Shown here piece by piece: positions 31,657-42,182 of a stretch of DNA of 64,000 bases. The position numbers and the translations under genes were made by a program. The notes under the pieces are model-generated. The model was not told the DNA's origin. It was given only the letters and a program-made list of their open reading frames with translations, and made no database searches. Origin of the DNA: Deltaproteobacteria bacterium (lineage in GTDB: Bacteria > Myxococcota_A > Polyangia > Polyangiales > Houyiibacteriaceae); contig JAXMNT010000016.1 in the NCBI GenBank assembly GCA_034670305.1, forward strand, positions 32,001 to 96,000, written 5' to 3'. Each line of letters begins with the position of its first letter. The first letter of the stretch is position 1.

Positions 31657-32559
31657 ATGACGACTGAATTCGCCCCCAACCTTGCCGTGTTCTGCGACTA
31701 CGAGAACGTGGCCATCGGCGTCCGCGACGCGCGCTACGACCGCTTCGACATCGACCTCGTGCTCGAGCGCATCCTCGACAAGGGCAAGGTCGTCGTGAAG
31801 AAGGCCTACGCCGACTGGGACCGCTACAAGTCGGCCAAGCGCCCGATGCACGAAGCCGCCTTCGAACTCATCGAGATCCCGCACGTGTCGTACAGCGGGA
31901 AGAACTCCGCGGACATCCGAATGGTCGTCGACGCGCTGGACCTTTGCTACACGAAGAAACACGTCGATGTGTTCGTCATCGTCAGTGGCGACAGCGACTT
32001 CTCTCCGCTCGTGAGCAAGCTCCGCGAGAACAACAAGATGGTCATCGGCCTCGGCGTGAAGAACTCGTCGAGCGACCTGCTCATCGAGAACTGCGACGAG
32101 TTCATCTTCTACGACGACCTCGTGCGGCGGAAGAAGAAGAGCAAGCCGAAGAAGCGCGGCAAGCGGGCCGGCGACAAGTCCGAGCGCGACGCGGGTTCAA
32201 CCGACGCCGACAAGGACGCCGACAAAAAGGCGAACGGCAACGGCAACGGCAACGGCACCAACGGGAACGGCGGCGCCGACACCACGTCCGCAGCGGACAA
32301 GGACGGCGACAAGCAGGAAGCGCTGGAGATCGTACTCGACGTCGTCGAGTCGCTCTTCAAGGACCGCGACGGCAACCTCTGGGGCTCGATGGTCAAGCAG
32401 GTCCTCAAGCGCAAGCGCCCCCAGTTCTCCGAGAGCTACTACGGCTACCGCAGCTTCAACCAGCTGCTCGAAGACGCCCGCGACCAAGATCTCCTGGAGA
32501 TCCAGAAGGACCAAAAGTCCGGCGGCTACGTCATCGTCTCCTTCGGTCCCAAAGCCTGA
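31657..32559 (+). CDS. NYN (LabA/DUF88) domain protein with C-terminal OST-HTH/LOTUS
   Basis: DYENV, KAYADW, GKNSADIRMVVDA, SGDSDFSPL, CDEFIFY; FSESYYGYRSF. Confidence 0.92.
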   Translation: MTTEFAPNLAVFCDYENVAIGVRDARYDRFDIDLVLERILDKGKVVVKKAYADWDRYKSAKRPMHEAAFELIEIPHVSYSGKNSADIRMVVDALDLCYTKKHVDVFVIVSGDSDFSPLVSKLRENNKMVIGLGVKNSSSDLLIENCDEFIFYDDLVRRKKKSKPKKRGKRAGDKSERDAGSTDADKDADKKANGNGNGNGTNGNGGADTTSAADKDGDKQEALEIVLDVVESLFKDRDGNLWGSMVKQVLKRKRPQFSESYYGYRSFNQLLEDARDQDLLEIQKDQKSGGYVIVSFGPKA

Positions 32560-32576
32560 CCACCCCCGTGGTCAGG

Positions 32577-32766
32577 CTGCCCTTGCCCTTGCCCTTGCCC
32601 CTGCCCTTGATGGGCTGAGGCAGGCTGAGACTTCGGCTCGGCATCGGCTTCGGCTTCGGCATCGGCTTCGGCTTCGGCTTCGGCTTCGGCTTCGGCTTCG
32701 GCCATCGGCTTCGGCTTCGGCTTCGGCAACGAGGGGCAAGGGCACGGGCACGGGCACGGGCACGGG
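32577..32766. repeat. Hexamer array (GGCTTC)n flanked by inverted (GCCCTT)n / (GGGCAC)n arms
   Basis: Seen directly between convergent genes. Confidence 0.9.
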
Positions 32767-32782
32767 ATCGAGTAGGCGTTGC

Positions 32783-35062
32783 CTACTCGATGGCGTAGTA
32801 CCCGACGCTGCGCGCCGGCATCGCCAGATCCACCGCGCCGCCCGTCACCGTGGCCCTGGCCCCGCCGAGCACGTCCCGGAACACCGTCCCGCCGGCGGCC
32901 ACATCGCGGCTCACGGTCACCGTCCGCGACGCCCCCGCGCCACGGTTGATCACGGCGAGCACGACCTCGTCTCCCACCCCGCGCGCGACCACGCTCACCG
33001 TCTCGTCCACGAACAACGTCCGGTACGATCGGCTGCGCAGGCCGGGCAGCGACGCCCGCGCACGGCCGAGCGCGGACACCCGGTTGAGCTGGGATCGTTC
33101 GCGCACGTCGAGCGCGTCGCCGAAGCGCATGAAACGTCGGTTGTCCGGATCGGCGCCGCCGGGCTGGCCGTACTCGTCCCCGTAGTAGAGCAGCGGCGCA
33201 CCGGGCAACGAGAAGAGCCAGCCGAGCGCGACGTACATCCGGTCGTAGGGTTCGTCGGTGGTCGGGGTACTCGGGAAGTTGTCCCACTGGTTGCCGGCGC
33301 GGCCCGGATCGGACTGCATCGAGATCCAGCGCGAGGTGTCGTGCGAGCCGAGATAGGGCGTCATGATCGCGTCGCCGAACCGGTCGAGGGACGCGTGGGT
33401 CCAGAAGTCGATGTGCGCCATGCCGCGGCTCGGGGTGTCTTGGAGAAACTGCAGCGAGGCCGCGTAGTAGAGGACGAAGTCGAACTGCCCGTCGAGCGCG
33501 TCTTCGCCGATGTAGCGCGCGATGGTCCCGTAGTTCTCCGGGTTGCCGCCTGCGTCGGGACCGCTCGAACCGTCCCAGCCCATCGCGGTCTCGCCCATCA
33601 AGAAGTAGGGCGTGCCCGCGGCTTCGAACCGCTCGGCGACTCGCGCGCGGAGGTTGAACACCACCGCGTCCGGCACGTGTTTCACCGCGTCGACGCGGAA
33701 CCCGTCGAGGTCGTAGTCCTCGAGCCAGACCATCGCGTCTTCGAGGATCTGCTCCTGCGCCTCGAGGTTCGTCCAGTCCACATCCGGCATGTACGGGCGG
33801 AACAAGCAGTCGAGCCGCCGCGCGGTCCAGTCGCACTCCGGTGTGCCGCACACGCAACCGCCATCGTCGAGTTGATTGAACCACTCGGGATGATCCGCGA
33901 CGTAGGGGTGGTCTTCGTGCACGTGGTTCGCGACAAGATCCATGAGCACGCGAATGCCGTGGCGGTGCGCGGCTTCGATCATCTGGTGCAGCGCTTCTTC
34001 CCCGCCGAAGCGCACGTCGACGACGAATGGATCGGTCGGCCAATAGCCGTGGTAGCCGGTCACGCGGTGGAAGTCGTCGGCCGCGAGGTGCGCGTTCGGC
34101 GGTCCTTCGTGCCAAGGCGTCACCCACAGTGTGTTGACGCCAATGCTCTCGAAGTAGCCCGCTTCGATCGTGTCGCGCAGCCCCTGCAGGTCGCCGCCTT
34201 CGTAGTCGGCGCCCGCGCTCGCGTCGGTCGGCGCGGGATCGTTGCCCGGCTCACCGTTCGCAAACCGGTCGGGCATCACGACGTAGACCAGCGCGTCCTC
34301 CCACTCGAACCGCTCCGTCTCGACCCAAAGCGGCGCCAGCGCGGCGGGCTCGTCGGCGTAGCGCACCGTGAGCACATGTTTGCCGGTGGCGAGGCCGCTG
34401 GCCTCGACCGTCGCGACGTCGCCTTCCATCGTCACGGTCGCGGCGGAGACCGCCCGCCCGGTCCGCACTTCGGCGGTGGGCAGCCAATCGCCCGGCGCCC
34501 TGCCCTCGCGGCCACGCACGTAACGGAAGCTCGCCTGGGCTGCATCACCGGTGACGCTCGAGTCGATGGGTTCGAAACGCGGAACAAAACAGTCCGGCAC
34601 CTGAAGCCCCGAGTTCTCGGTGCCCTCGAAGTAGGCGCGGTACGGGTTGTTCGGATCGAGACGCCAGGGTTCCTCGCCGTCGCCCTCGACGATCAACTTG
34701 TACGGGTACACGCCGGGCTCGAGCCAGAGCGCTGCGCGGTAGGTGCCCGTTCCGTCGTCGACGAGTGGCGTCGCGGTCGGGGAGAAGTCGTTGAAGCTGC
34801 CTCCGACGAACACCGACGGCGCCGCCGCGGTCGAACGGTAGGTGACCTCCACCAAACACTGTCCGGCCGGTCCCTCGGGGCCGCTGTCTTCCGCCTGGGC
34901 GTCCACGGCCACGAAGCCATCCGTCGCGGTGTCCGCGAGGTCGAGCGCATCGACGGACGCATCCACCGAGAGCGCGTCGCCCCCGCCAGCGTCGAGGCTG
35001 CTGCTGCCCCCGTCCGCACACCCGGCGATCGCAACGCAGCACAGAATCGCTGCGCGTTTCAT
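32783..35062 (-). CDS. GH13 alpha-amylase family lipoprotein with CBM48-like domain
   Basis: Lipobox IAGC; GSFND..PGVYPYK CBM; DRFANG, YHGYW, DLVANH, DGFRVDAVKH, GE, SHD, YYGDEYG. Confidence 0.92.
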   Translation of the reverse strand: MKRAAILCCVAIAGCADGGSSSLDAGGGDALSVDASVDALDLADTATDGFVAVDAQAEDSGPEGPAGQCLVEVTYRSTAAAPSVFVGGSFNDFSPTATPLVDDGTGTYRAALWLEPGVYPYKLIVEGDGEEPWRLDPNNPYRAYFEGTENSGLQVPDCFVPRFEPIDSSVTGDAAQASFRYVRGREGRAPGDWLPTAEVRTGRAVSAATVTMEGDVATVEASGLATGKHVLTVRYADEPAALAPLWVETERFEWEDALVYVVMPDRFANGEPGNDPAPTDASAGADYEGGDLQGLRDTIEAGYFESIGVNTLWVTPWHEGPPNAHLAADDFHRVTGYHGYWPTDPFVVDVRFGGEEALHQMIEAAHRHGIRVLMDLVANHVHEDHPYVADHPEWFNQLDDGGCVCGTPECDWTARRLDCLFRPYMPDVDWTNLEAQEQILEDAMVWLEDYDLDGFRVDAVKHVPDAVVFNLRARVAERFEAAGTPYFLMGETAMGWDGSSGPDAGGNPENYGTIARYIGEDALDGQFDFVLYYAASLQFLQDTPSRGMAHIDFWTHASLDRFGDAIMTPYLGSHDTSRWISMQSDPGRAGNQWDNFPSTPTTDEPYDRMYVALGWLFSLPGAPLLYYGDEYGQPGGADPDNRRFMRFGDALDVRERSQLNRVSALGRARASLPGLRSRSYRTLFVDETVSVVARGVGDEVVLAVINRGAGASRTVTVSRDVAAGGTVFRDVLGGARATVTGGAVDLAMPARSVGYYAIE

Positions 35063-37440
35063 CGGCGCCTCCGTCCGAGCGCGACCATCAAGAGCAGCCA
35101 GAACCCGCCGGCCGCGTCCGAGCCCACGAGTGTGCGGCAACCGCAGCCGGACTCGGGACAGTCCCCGAAACAGAACCCTGCGTCCGGTCGCGCGGTTCCG
35201 CCATCCACGTCGCCAGACGCGTCCGGTGCCCCGCCCGCGTCAGGCGCGTCGACACCCGCGTCGACGCCTGCATCCACCGCAGCGCCCGCGTCGGGATCCA
35301 TGCCTGCGTCGACGGGCGGCATCTCGCCGCGGTCCCCGTACTCGCCACACGCCGCGTCCGCGACGGTGTCGTCGAGCGCGATGAGGTACGCGCCAGGACC
35401 GAAGCCCACCATGGGGATCGAGCCGGCGTAGCGTCCAGTGTCCGCTTCGTGCAACTCGCTGAACTGCAGGTCGTTCGCCGCGCTCTGCGCTTCTACCCAT
35501 CCCTGGATGTCGTCCGCCCGCTCGGTCTCTCCAACCGCGCGGAGCGCCGGGAGCGCTCGAAGGTCCACGAACACCCACTCCTGCGAGTCGTACCAGCCAC
35601 CGTCGTCGTTGCGCATGAGGCCAACCCCGGTCTCGACGGTGAGGTTGTCGAGCATCGCCTGCACGGTGGCGCGCGCCACGCGTCCGGTCGGCGAGACGAT
35701 GCCCCAGTTCACCGCTTCGATCGCCGCGGCGTCGATGTACTCGAAGCCTCGGTCGAGATCTTCGCGAGACTGCGCGAGCGTGCCGCGTTCGTCGGTGTGG
35801 AGTTCCACCAATGCATCCCGCACCTGGGCACCCGCCGCGGCGAACCGGGTCTGGTCGGCGGCTTCGCCGAGACGCTCCGCGATCATCGCCGCGTCGCAGA
35901 GCCCGCGGGCCGCCGCAAGCGAGGTGTAGGTGAAGCGCTTCTGCCGGCCGTTCCAATGCACCTCCCAGATCGAGCTGTCCGCTGCGACGATGCCTTCGTC
36001 GTCGATGAGATCGATGAGCACGTCCGCGACCCCATCGCGAAGCTCCGGGTAGAAGTCGCGCACGAACTCGAGGTCGCCGCCCGCGCGCAGGTACTCGCCC
36101 AGCGTCCACATGTAGAGGCCGAACCCGTCGAACTCGATGTTGGGTCCGTCGGCGTTGCAGTCGGTCTCTTCTTGGCCGTTGCCGAAGTAGCGCGTGGCGC
36201 TGATCCGGTACGGGCCGCCGACTTCGGCGGTGCGCAAGCCGGGGCCGGCTTCGATCTGAAACCGCAGCGCCGCTTCCGCTTCGTCCATGTGTCCGGCGCG
36301 AATCAGCCCGACCACCGCGTAGGCCATGTCCCGAACCCAGGCGATGTTCCACTGTGCGTCGACGAACCCGAGCCCCGGCGGAAGCGACGCGAGGATCTGT
36401 CCGAAGCCGCGTCCGGGCTCCCGCACCTGCCCCATCCGAAGCACCACGTTGCTCTGCAGCCAGAGATCGCGCTGCGTGGCGCTGAGCCCGCTCGGCGGTG
36501 TCGTATGCCAAGCCGCCCACGCGGCTTGTTCCGCCGCGACGAGCGCGCCCGGCGATCGAGACGCGGCCCAGGTTCGCACCGCGTCGACCTTCGGACCGGC
36601 GTCTTCGTCGAGCGCCCACACGATCGCGGTCGCGAAGGAGGTCGACGCGCCCGGCGCGAGCGTGGTGGTCGCGGTCTGCACCGCCGGCGCGAGATCGTTG
36701 CCCGTGTTGGCGGAGACGTCGTCCAGCGCGTTGCCGGCCAGGACCGTCCGGTACCCGCTCGACGCACCGCCCGAGGCGGTGTGGTGCGCGACGGGCCCGA
36801 GCGGCACGTACGCGATCGTGCCGGCGCTCCGGTCGCTGAACTCGTAGAAGACGTCGCGAGTAACGTCCCAGCTGACTCCCTCATCGTTCGGGCTCGGCTC
36901 GCGCCCGCCCGCGGCGTCGCCGAGGTGGAAGTTGAACAGCGCGGCCAGGTCGATCGTGTGCGCAGCGTCGGAGTTGTTGGTGGCCGTGACGGCCATCACC
37001 ACGACGGGCAGTTCCAGCTCCGTCGGCGAGAAGATTTGGGTCCGAAACTCGATCGCGCGCGCCGGTCCGGCGTGCCGCTCCACTTCGATGATGTTGGTCC
37101 CCACCACGTAGTGCGCGTCCGCGAGCGCGACCTCGCCGAGCCAGACGCCCGCGCCGTCGATGCGCGCACCGAAGTAGGTGTCGAACGCGAGGTCGCGGGA
37201 CTCGTCGGCCGCGTAGCAGAGGTCCGCCGGCATGTTGCGCGGGCGGTTGAAGCGGTACGGGTGCTCCATGAACGTGTCGAGGCGCCCGGTGACCCGATCG
37301 AAACTCGCGATGGTGTGGCCGTTGCCGGTCACCATGCGCTCGAACGAACGCTCCGCCGGCGGCTGCGCCGACGCCGATCCACCGACACCCACCAACGACG
37401 CTGCGAGGACCGTTGCCCAGACGACCACTTTGCATTCCAT
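35059..37440 (-). CDS. GH15 glucoamylase-like secreted protein with MYXO-CTERM tail
   Basis: Signal peptide, WVRDMAY, SSIWE, (alpha/alpha)6 region; DAG-rich linker and GCGCR-TM-RRRR tail. Confidence 0.85.
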   Translation of the reverse strand: MECKVVVWATVLAASLVGVGGSASAQPPAERSFERMVTGNGHTIASFDRVTGRLDTFMEHPYRFNRPRNMPADLCYAADESRDLAFDTYFGARIDGAGVWLGEVALADAHYVVGTNIIEVERHAGPARAIEFRTQIFSPTELELPVVVMAVTATNNSDAAHTIDLAALFNFHLGDAAGGREPSPNDEGVSWDVTRDVFYEFSDRSAGTIAYVPLGPVAHHTASGGASSGYRTVLAGNALDDVSANTGNDLAPAVQTATTTLAPGASTSFATAIVWALDEDAGPKVDAVRTWAASRSPGALVAAEQAAWAAWHTTPPSGLSATQRDLWLQSNVVLRMGQVREPGRGFGQILASLPPGLGFVDAQWNIAWVRDMAYAVVGLIRAGHMDEAEAALRFQIEAGPGLRTAEVGGPYRISATRYFGNGQEETDCNADGPNIEFDGFGLYMWTLGEYLRAGGDLEFVRDFYPELRDGVADVLIDLIDDEGIVAADSSIWEVHWNGRQKRFTYTSLAAARGLCDAAMIAERLGEAADQTRFAAAGAQVRDALVELHTDERGTLAQSREDLDRGFEYIDAAAIEAVNWGIVSPTGRVARATVQAMLDNLTVETGVGLMRNDDGGWYDSQEWVFVDLRALPALRAVGETERADDIQGWVEAQSAANDLQFSELHEADTGRYAGSIPMVGFGPGAYLIALDDTVADAACGEYGDRGEMPPVDAGMDPDAGAAVDAGVDAGVDAPDAGGAPDASGDVDGGTARPDAGFCFGDCPESGCGCRTLVGSDAAGGFWLLLMVALGRRRR

Positions 37441-37608
37441 CGAGCTTCTCCCTTGACCGCGAAGACTCGACGCCCGCGCCCGATTCCGATAGCACGGAAA
37501 CCGTAACTCTCCAAAGGGTTACTATGTAGCGCTGCGGCGCGAAACGAAGCGGGCGGACGGCAAAGCAAGGGCCCGTCGGCCGTGCCCCTAGGAAAAGCGC
37601 GGGCGGGT

Positions 37609-39081
37609 ATGCTCGGGTCGGTGCGCACTCGAACTCGCAGAATCCTCGGCGTCTTGGGGATCTTGGTCGCCGGTTTGTGGATGCCCGACTGTGCTCCAGG
37701 AGCGCTCGAGGTGCCGGAAGGGGAACCCTACGTGTGGAATCAGGATGACGTCTGGGAGTCGCTCGAGGCGAGGTTCCGAGCCGCGCGGGCGCATTGCCAG
37801 GCGACCGGCGTGACCGTCTCCGAGCGGGTCGCATCGCTGAACGAGACTTTGGACGTGCTCGAGGCGCGGCCGCAGATCGCCCACAGCGATCCAGCGTTGC
37901 AAGCCTACGAAGAGGTCTTCTTCGCCACCGCCGCCGACACCGCCGCGTGTCCCATCAACGCGCCCCTGCTCTTGGGTGTCCACGCGCGCATGCGGACCAT
38001 CGTGAAAGCGGCGTCGATGGAGTGGGACCTCGAAGAACGGGCCGCGCGCGCCCGGCTCTACCACCTGCTCTACGGCGGACGCATGGCGGTCGAGGAGGTC
38101 TTGCTCCAGATGGATCCAGCCGACGTGCCCACGTTGATGGTGGGCGTCGACGAACCATCGAACGCACCGTCGGTCGAGATCCGCGGCGTCACCGTGCACA
38201 GCGGCGACGTGCTCGTGAGCCGCGGCGGCGCCCCCACCTCCGCGTTCATCGCGCGCGGCAACGACTGGCCCGGCAACTTCTCCCACATCGCGCTCGTCCA
38301 CGTGGACGAGGATGGCCGCGCCCGCACCATCGAAGCCCACATCGAACTCGGCGTGGTCGTCGCAGGCCCCGAGAAGTACCTCGGCGATCCGAAGCTGCGC
38401 ATTCTCGTGCTGCGCCCTCGCAGCGCGCTGGTCGACGGCGGCACCCTCGCAGCCGCGGCGGCCGACCACGCGCTGAACGAAGCCCAGAGCCGGCACATTC
38501 CCTACGACTTCCAGATGCGGTACCAGGACCCGACCGAGATGTTCTGCTCCGAGGTCGCGTCGGCGGCCTACCGGGCGCAGGACATCCACCTCTGGCGCGG
38601 CCTCACGAGCACTTCGGAACCGGCGGCCGCGCGGTGGCTCGGTCAGTTCGGAGTCGAAGAGCTGGTCACGCACGGTCCCTCGGACCTCGAGTACGACCCG
38701 CAGCTTGCCGTGGTCGCCGAGTGGCGGGACGCCGAGACGCTCTTCGATGCGCACCTGGACGACGCCATCCTCGACGCCATGCTGGAGGGCGCCGCGGATG
38801 GAGACGATGTCGGGTACAGCTGGCCCATGCTCGGTGTGGCCCGGCTGATGAAAGCGTACAGCGCCGTGAAGGTGCTGTTCGGCTCCACCGGCCCAGTGCC
38901 GGAGGGCATGAGCGCGACGGTGGCGCTGCGGGTCGCGTGGCTGCGCGAACGCCACGCCGCGATCCGCGCGGTGCTGCTCCGAAAGGTGAACCAGTTCGAA
39001 TCCGCCGAAGGCTACCGGCCGCCCTTCTGGGAGCTTCGCCGGTTGGCCATCGAATCCGAGAAGGAAACGGATCCAGCGTGA
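37609..39081 (+). CDS. Permuted papain-like (YiiX/YebB, NlpC/P60) amidase
   Basis: GDVLVSRG, FSHIAL, PYDF, FCSE: His-before-Cys order; N-terminal TM. Confidence 0.85.
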   Translation: MLGSVRTRTRRILGVLGILVAGLWMPDCAPGALEVPEGEPYVWNQDDVWESLEARFRAARAHCQATGVTVSERVASLNETLDVLEARPQIAHSDPALQAYEEVFFATAADTAACPINAPLLLGVHARMRTIVKAASMEWDLEERAARARLYHLLYGGRMAVEEVLLQMDPADVPTLMVGVDEPSNAPSVEIRGVTVHSGDVLVSRGGAPTSAFIARGNDWPGNFSHIALVHVDEDGRARTIEAHIELGVVVAGPEKYLGDPKLRILVLRPRSALVDGGTLAAAAADHALNEAQSRHIPYDFQMRYQDPTEMFCSEVASAAYRAQDIHLWRGLTSTSEPAAARWLGQFGVEELVTHGPSDLEYDPQLAVVAEWRDAETLFDAHLDDAILDAMLEGAADGDDVGYSWPMLGVARLMKAYSAVKVLFGSTGPVPEGMSATVALRVAWLRERHAAIRAVLLRKVNQFESAEGYRPPFWELRRLAIESEKETDPA

Positions 39082-39141
39082 CCGGCCGGGCGGGCCGAAT
39101 CTGACATTGACCGTGGCGGTGGGGGCACTATCGTCCCTCGC

Positions 39142-39792
39142 ATGTCGAACGAGGACTCCGATCGCACCCGCGCCATGATCCTTCCCCGCGTCGTCGAGAC
39201 GACGCACCGCGGCGAACGCGACTGGGACATCTACAGCCGCTTGCTCAAGGATCGCATCGTCTTCCTCGGCACGCCGGTCGACGACTTCGTCGCGAACGCG
39301 ATCATCGCCCAGCTGCTCTTCCTCGAGAGCGAAGACCCCGACAAGGAGGTCACGCTCTACATCAACAGCCCCGGCGGCGTCGTCACGGCCGGTCTCGCGA
39401 TCTACGACACGATGCAGTACATCCGCTGCCCGGTCTCGACGGTGTGCCTCGGACAGGCCGCCTCGATGGGCGCGTTCCTGCTCGCCGCCGGCCACCCGGG
39501 TCTGCGCCGAGCCCTCCCCCACAGCCGCGTGATGATCCACCAGCCGCTTGGCGGCTACCGCGGTCAGGCGACCGACATCGAGATCCACGCGAAGCAGATC
39601 CTCGCGACCAAGAAGAAGCTCAACGAGCTGCTCGCGCACCACGCGGGCCGCAAGCTCGAAGAGGTCGAGAGCGACACGGAGCGCGACAAGTTCATGAGCG
39701 CGCAAGAGGCGAAGGAGTACGGCTTGATCGACATGGTCATCGAGCCGCGCAAACCCAGCGCCGACGCCGACGACAAGAAGAAGAAGAAGTAG
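39142..39792 (+). CDS. clpP: ATP-dependent Clp protease proteolytic subunit
   Basis: [39 protein letters not shown]. Confidence 0.97.
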   Translation: MSNEDSDRTRAMILPRVVETTHRGERDWDIYSRLLKDRIVFLGTPVDDFVANAIIAQLLFLESEDPDKEVTLYINSPGGVVTAGLAIYDTMQYIRCPVSTVCLGQAASMGAFLLAAGHPGLRRALPHSRVMIHQPLGGYRGQATDIEIHAKQILATKKKLNELLAHHAGRKLEEVESDTERDKFMSAQEAKEYGLIDMVIEPRKPSADADDKKKKK

Positions 39793-39798
39793 CGTCCG

Positions 39799-40698
39799 GT
39801 GGCGGTGCGCCGCGTGGAGATCACGCTCGTCCGCCACGGCGAGTCCGTATCGAACGTCACAGGCCGCTGGCAGGGCCAAGGCGACTCGCCCCTGAGCGAA
39901 CACGGCACGACGCAGGCCGAACAGCTCGGCGAGCGGCTCGCGGAGACATCGTTCGATCTGGTGTGCTCCAGTGATCTCACCCGCGCGCACGACACCGGTC
40001 GCCGCGTGGCCGCACGCTGGGGCACCGAACCGGTCACCGATCCGCGGTGGCGCGAGATCGACGTCGGCGTCTGGGAAGGGCTGACCCGCGGCGAAGTCGC
40101 CGAGCGGTTCCCCGAAGAGATCCGGCGCCTCGGCGAAGGCGAGCCGCTCCCGATCGGCGGCGGTGAGAGCTGGGCCGACCTCTCGAAGCGCGGCATGGGT
40201 GCGCTTCGGTCGCTCGCCGATCGACTTCAGGACGGGCAGCGCGCGATCGTGTTCAGCCACGGCGGGCTCATCGGCATGACGGTCGCCGGCCTCTTCGGCC
40301 TCCCGTACCGGAAGCCGCGGCGCATGGGCAACATCGTCAACACCTCGATGACCACCCTTCGTTTCGACGGCGACGACGTGCGCTTGCTGCAGTTCAACGA
40401 CAGCTTGCACCTCGGCCCCGAAGGCAGCTGGGCGACCAAGCAGCGCAAACGTGGCGCCGCCATCGTGGACCTGTGCTCCGACGAATCCGCGCCCGAATTC
40501 GACCTCGCCGCGCACGTCGCGGTGCAGTCGAAGAGCAACGCCGGTCAGCGCGTCGTGGTGCCAGCGCCCGCCGCACTCATCCGCCGCTACGCCAACCAGC
40601 TGATGGACTCCGACGCCACCGACCTCTCGTCCGGCGTCACCCAAGTCGTCTCCTCCGACCGCGGCCAGACCCTGGCCGCCTACGCCAAACGCATGTAG
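39799..40698 (+). CDS. Histidine phosphatase (phosphoglycerate mutase-like) family protein
   Basis: LVRHGES, SSDLTRA, EIDVGVWEG, GGES, SHGG. Confidence 0.9.
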   Translation: MAVRRVEITLVRHGESVSNVTGRWQGQGDSPLSEHGTTQAEQLGERLAETSFDLVCSSDLTRAHDTGRRVAARWGTEPVTDPRWREIDVGVWEGLTRGEVAERFPEEIRRLGEGEPLPIGGGESWADLSKRGMGALRSLADRLQDGQRAIVFSHGGLIGMTVAGLFGLPYRKPRRMGNIVNTSMTTLRFDGDDVRLLQFNDSLHLGPEGSWATKQRKRGAAIVDLCSDESAPEFDLAAHVAVQSKSNAGQRVVVPAPAALIRRYANQLMDSDATDLSSGVTQVVSSDRGQTLAAYAKRM

Positions 40699-40706
40699 CC
40701 GACCGC

Positions 40707-40894
40707 CGGAGTCGACTTCGGAGTCGGCATCGGCATCGGCATCGGCATCGGCATCGGCTTCGGCATCGGCTTCGGCTTCGGCGTCGGCATCGGCATCGGC
40801 ATCGGCATCGGCATCGGCATGGGTCGGATTCGGACTCGGCTTCGGGGAGTGGATTCGGCTTCGGGGGTGGGTCGGCTTCGGGGTCGGACTCGGT
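40707..40894. repeat. Hexamer array (GGCATC/GGCTTC)n
   Basis: Seen directly, intergenic. Confidence 0.9.
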
Positions 40895-40961
40895 TGCGCA
40901 AGCGCGAGGGCACTCCATTTCTACGTCGGCGTCTTCCGCGAGACGCCGGTATGCTTCCGCC

Positions 40962-42044
40962 ATGCGTCCAACGCTCCGGCTTCTCTTCGTCGTCTCCCTC
41001 GTCGCGTTGACTGGCTGCCCGCCGATCGACGTGGGCGTGGAACCGCCGTGCACCACCCGCACCCGCTGCGTCGACGACTGCTGCAACCTCGTCGCGACCG
41101 TGGCGGGCTGCGGCATGGGCGACTGTCCGCGTGGGACGCAGGTCGAGTCGACGTGCACCGTCGCGATCGGGTGCTGCGAGCCGGGCGAACTGCGCCTCTG
41201 CGCCTCCCTGTGTTGCGAGACCGAAGCGATGGTCACCTGCGAAGGCTCCTGTCCGCTGGGGCTGAGCTACCGCGCGAGCGGCGTCTGCGCCATGGACCGG
41301 AGCTGCTCGCTCCCGCGCGACGCCGGCGGCCCGGTCCCGCTGGACGCCAGCGTGGACGCCCCCACCGCGTTCGATGCGCCTTGTCCGGGCCCAGATGGTT
41401 CCGAGTGCCGACCGATCGACGACGCCTGCTGCCGCACGACGTCGCCAGTGCGCGTGGACCCGTCCACCTGCGAGGTGTACTGCACCGAAGAAGGACACAT
41501 CGCGATCGAAGCCGGCACGTGCGCGCCTGCGCCGGAGTGTGCAGCCGACCACGCATGCGACGACAACGCGGACTGCGTGGTGACCCACGAGGGATGCTGC
41601 GAGCCTTGTTCGTTGCCGGAGCTCAGCGAGGTGGTCGCGCTGAACCAGAGCCGCGTGGACGAATACCGCGCCTCGGTCTGTGCCGAACCCGTGGGCTGCC
41701 CCGAGTGCGAACCGGCCGGCCCCAACCCGCGCCTCGTCGCGACCTGCAACGTCGGCGTGTGCGAAGCCCTCGACCTGTACGACGCGCTCCTCGTCCGCTG
41801 TGAGGACGACAGCGACTGTCGGCTTCGGGTACCCGGCTGTTGCGAGTGCGGCGGCGACACCGACCCCGCCACGCTGATCTCGATGCGCACAGATGCAGAA
41901 GCCGACTACCGCGCCCTCGTCTGCAACGAAGACATGGCCTGCGACGGCTGCGTCCCGACCTACCCCGAAACCCACGAAGCGTTCTGCAACCCCGAACGCC
42001 GCTGCGACATCCGCACGATCCCAGAACCCCCACCCGCCGACTAG
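40962..42044 (+). CDS. Cys-rich lipoprotein
   Basis: Lipobox LTGC; repeated C..D.DC....GCC..C modules. Confidence 0.8.
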   Translation: MRPTLRLLFVVSLVALTGCPPIDVGVEPPCTTRTRCVDDCCNLVATVAGCGMGDCPRGTQVESTCTVAIGCCEPGELRLCASLCCETEAMVTCEGSCPLGLSYRASGVCAMDRSCSLPRDAGGPVPLDASVDAPTAFDAPCPGPDGSECRPIDDACCRTTSPVRVDPSTCEVYCTEEGHIAIEAGTCAPAPECAADHACDDNADCVVTHEGCCEPCSLPELSEVVALNQSRVDEYRASVCAEPVGCPECEPAGPNPRLVATCNVGVCEALDLYDALLVRCEDDSDCRLRVPGCCECGGDTDPATLISMRTDAEADYRALVCNEDMACDGCVPTYPETHEAFCNPERRCDIRTIPEPPPAD

Positions 42045-42049
42045 CTCCA

Positions 42050-42133
42050 CGGATTCGGATTCGGCGTCGGCATCGGCATCGGCATCGGCATCGCCATCGC
42101 CATCGGCGCCGGATTCGGCTTCAGCGTCGGCCT
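42050..42133. repeat. Short hexamer array (GGCATC)n
   Basis: Seen directly, intergenic. Confidence 0.85.
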
Positions 42134-42182
42134 CCCCGCCCCCCCCTCGCCCCACCGCGCCGCGCGTGGCAGCCTCGGCCCC

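Noticed and set aside
31657-32559. NYN/LOTUS gene as an anti-phage or toxin system
   Set aside because: A widespread stand-alone family; no antitoxin, defence-island or mobile context here.
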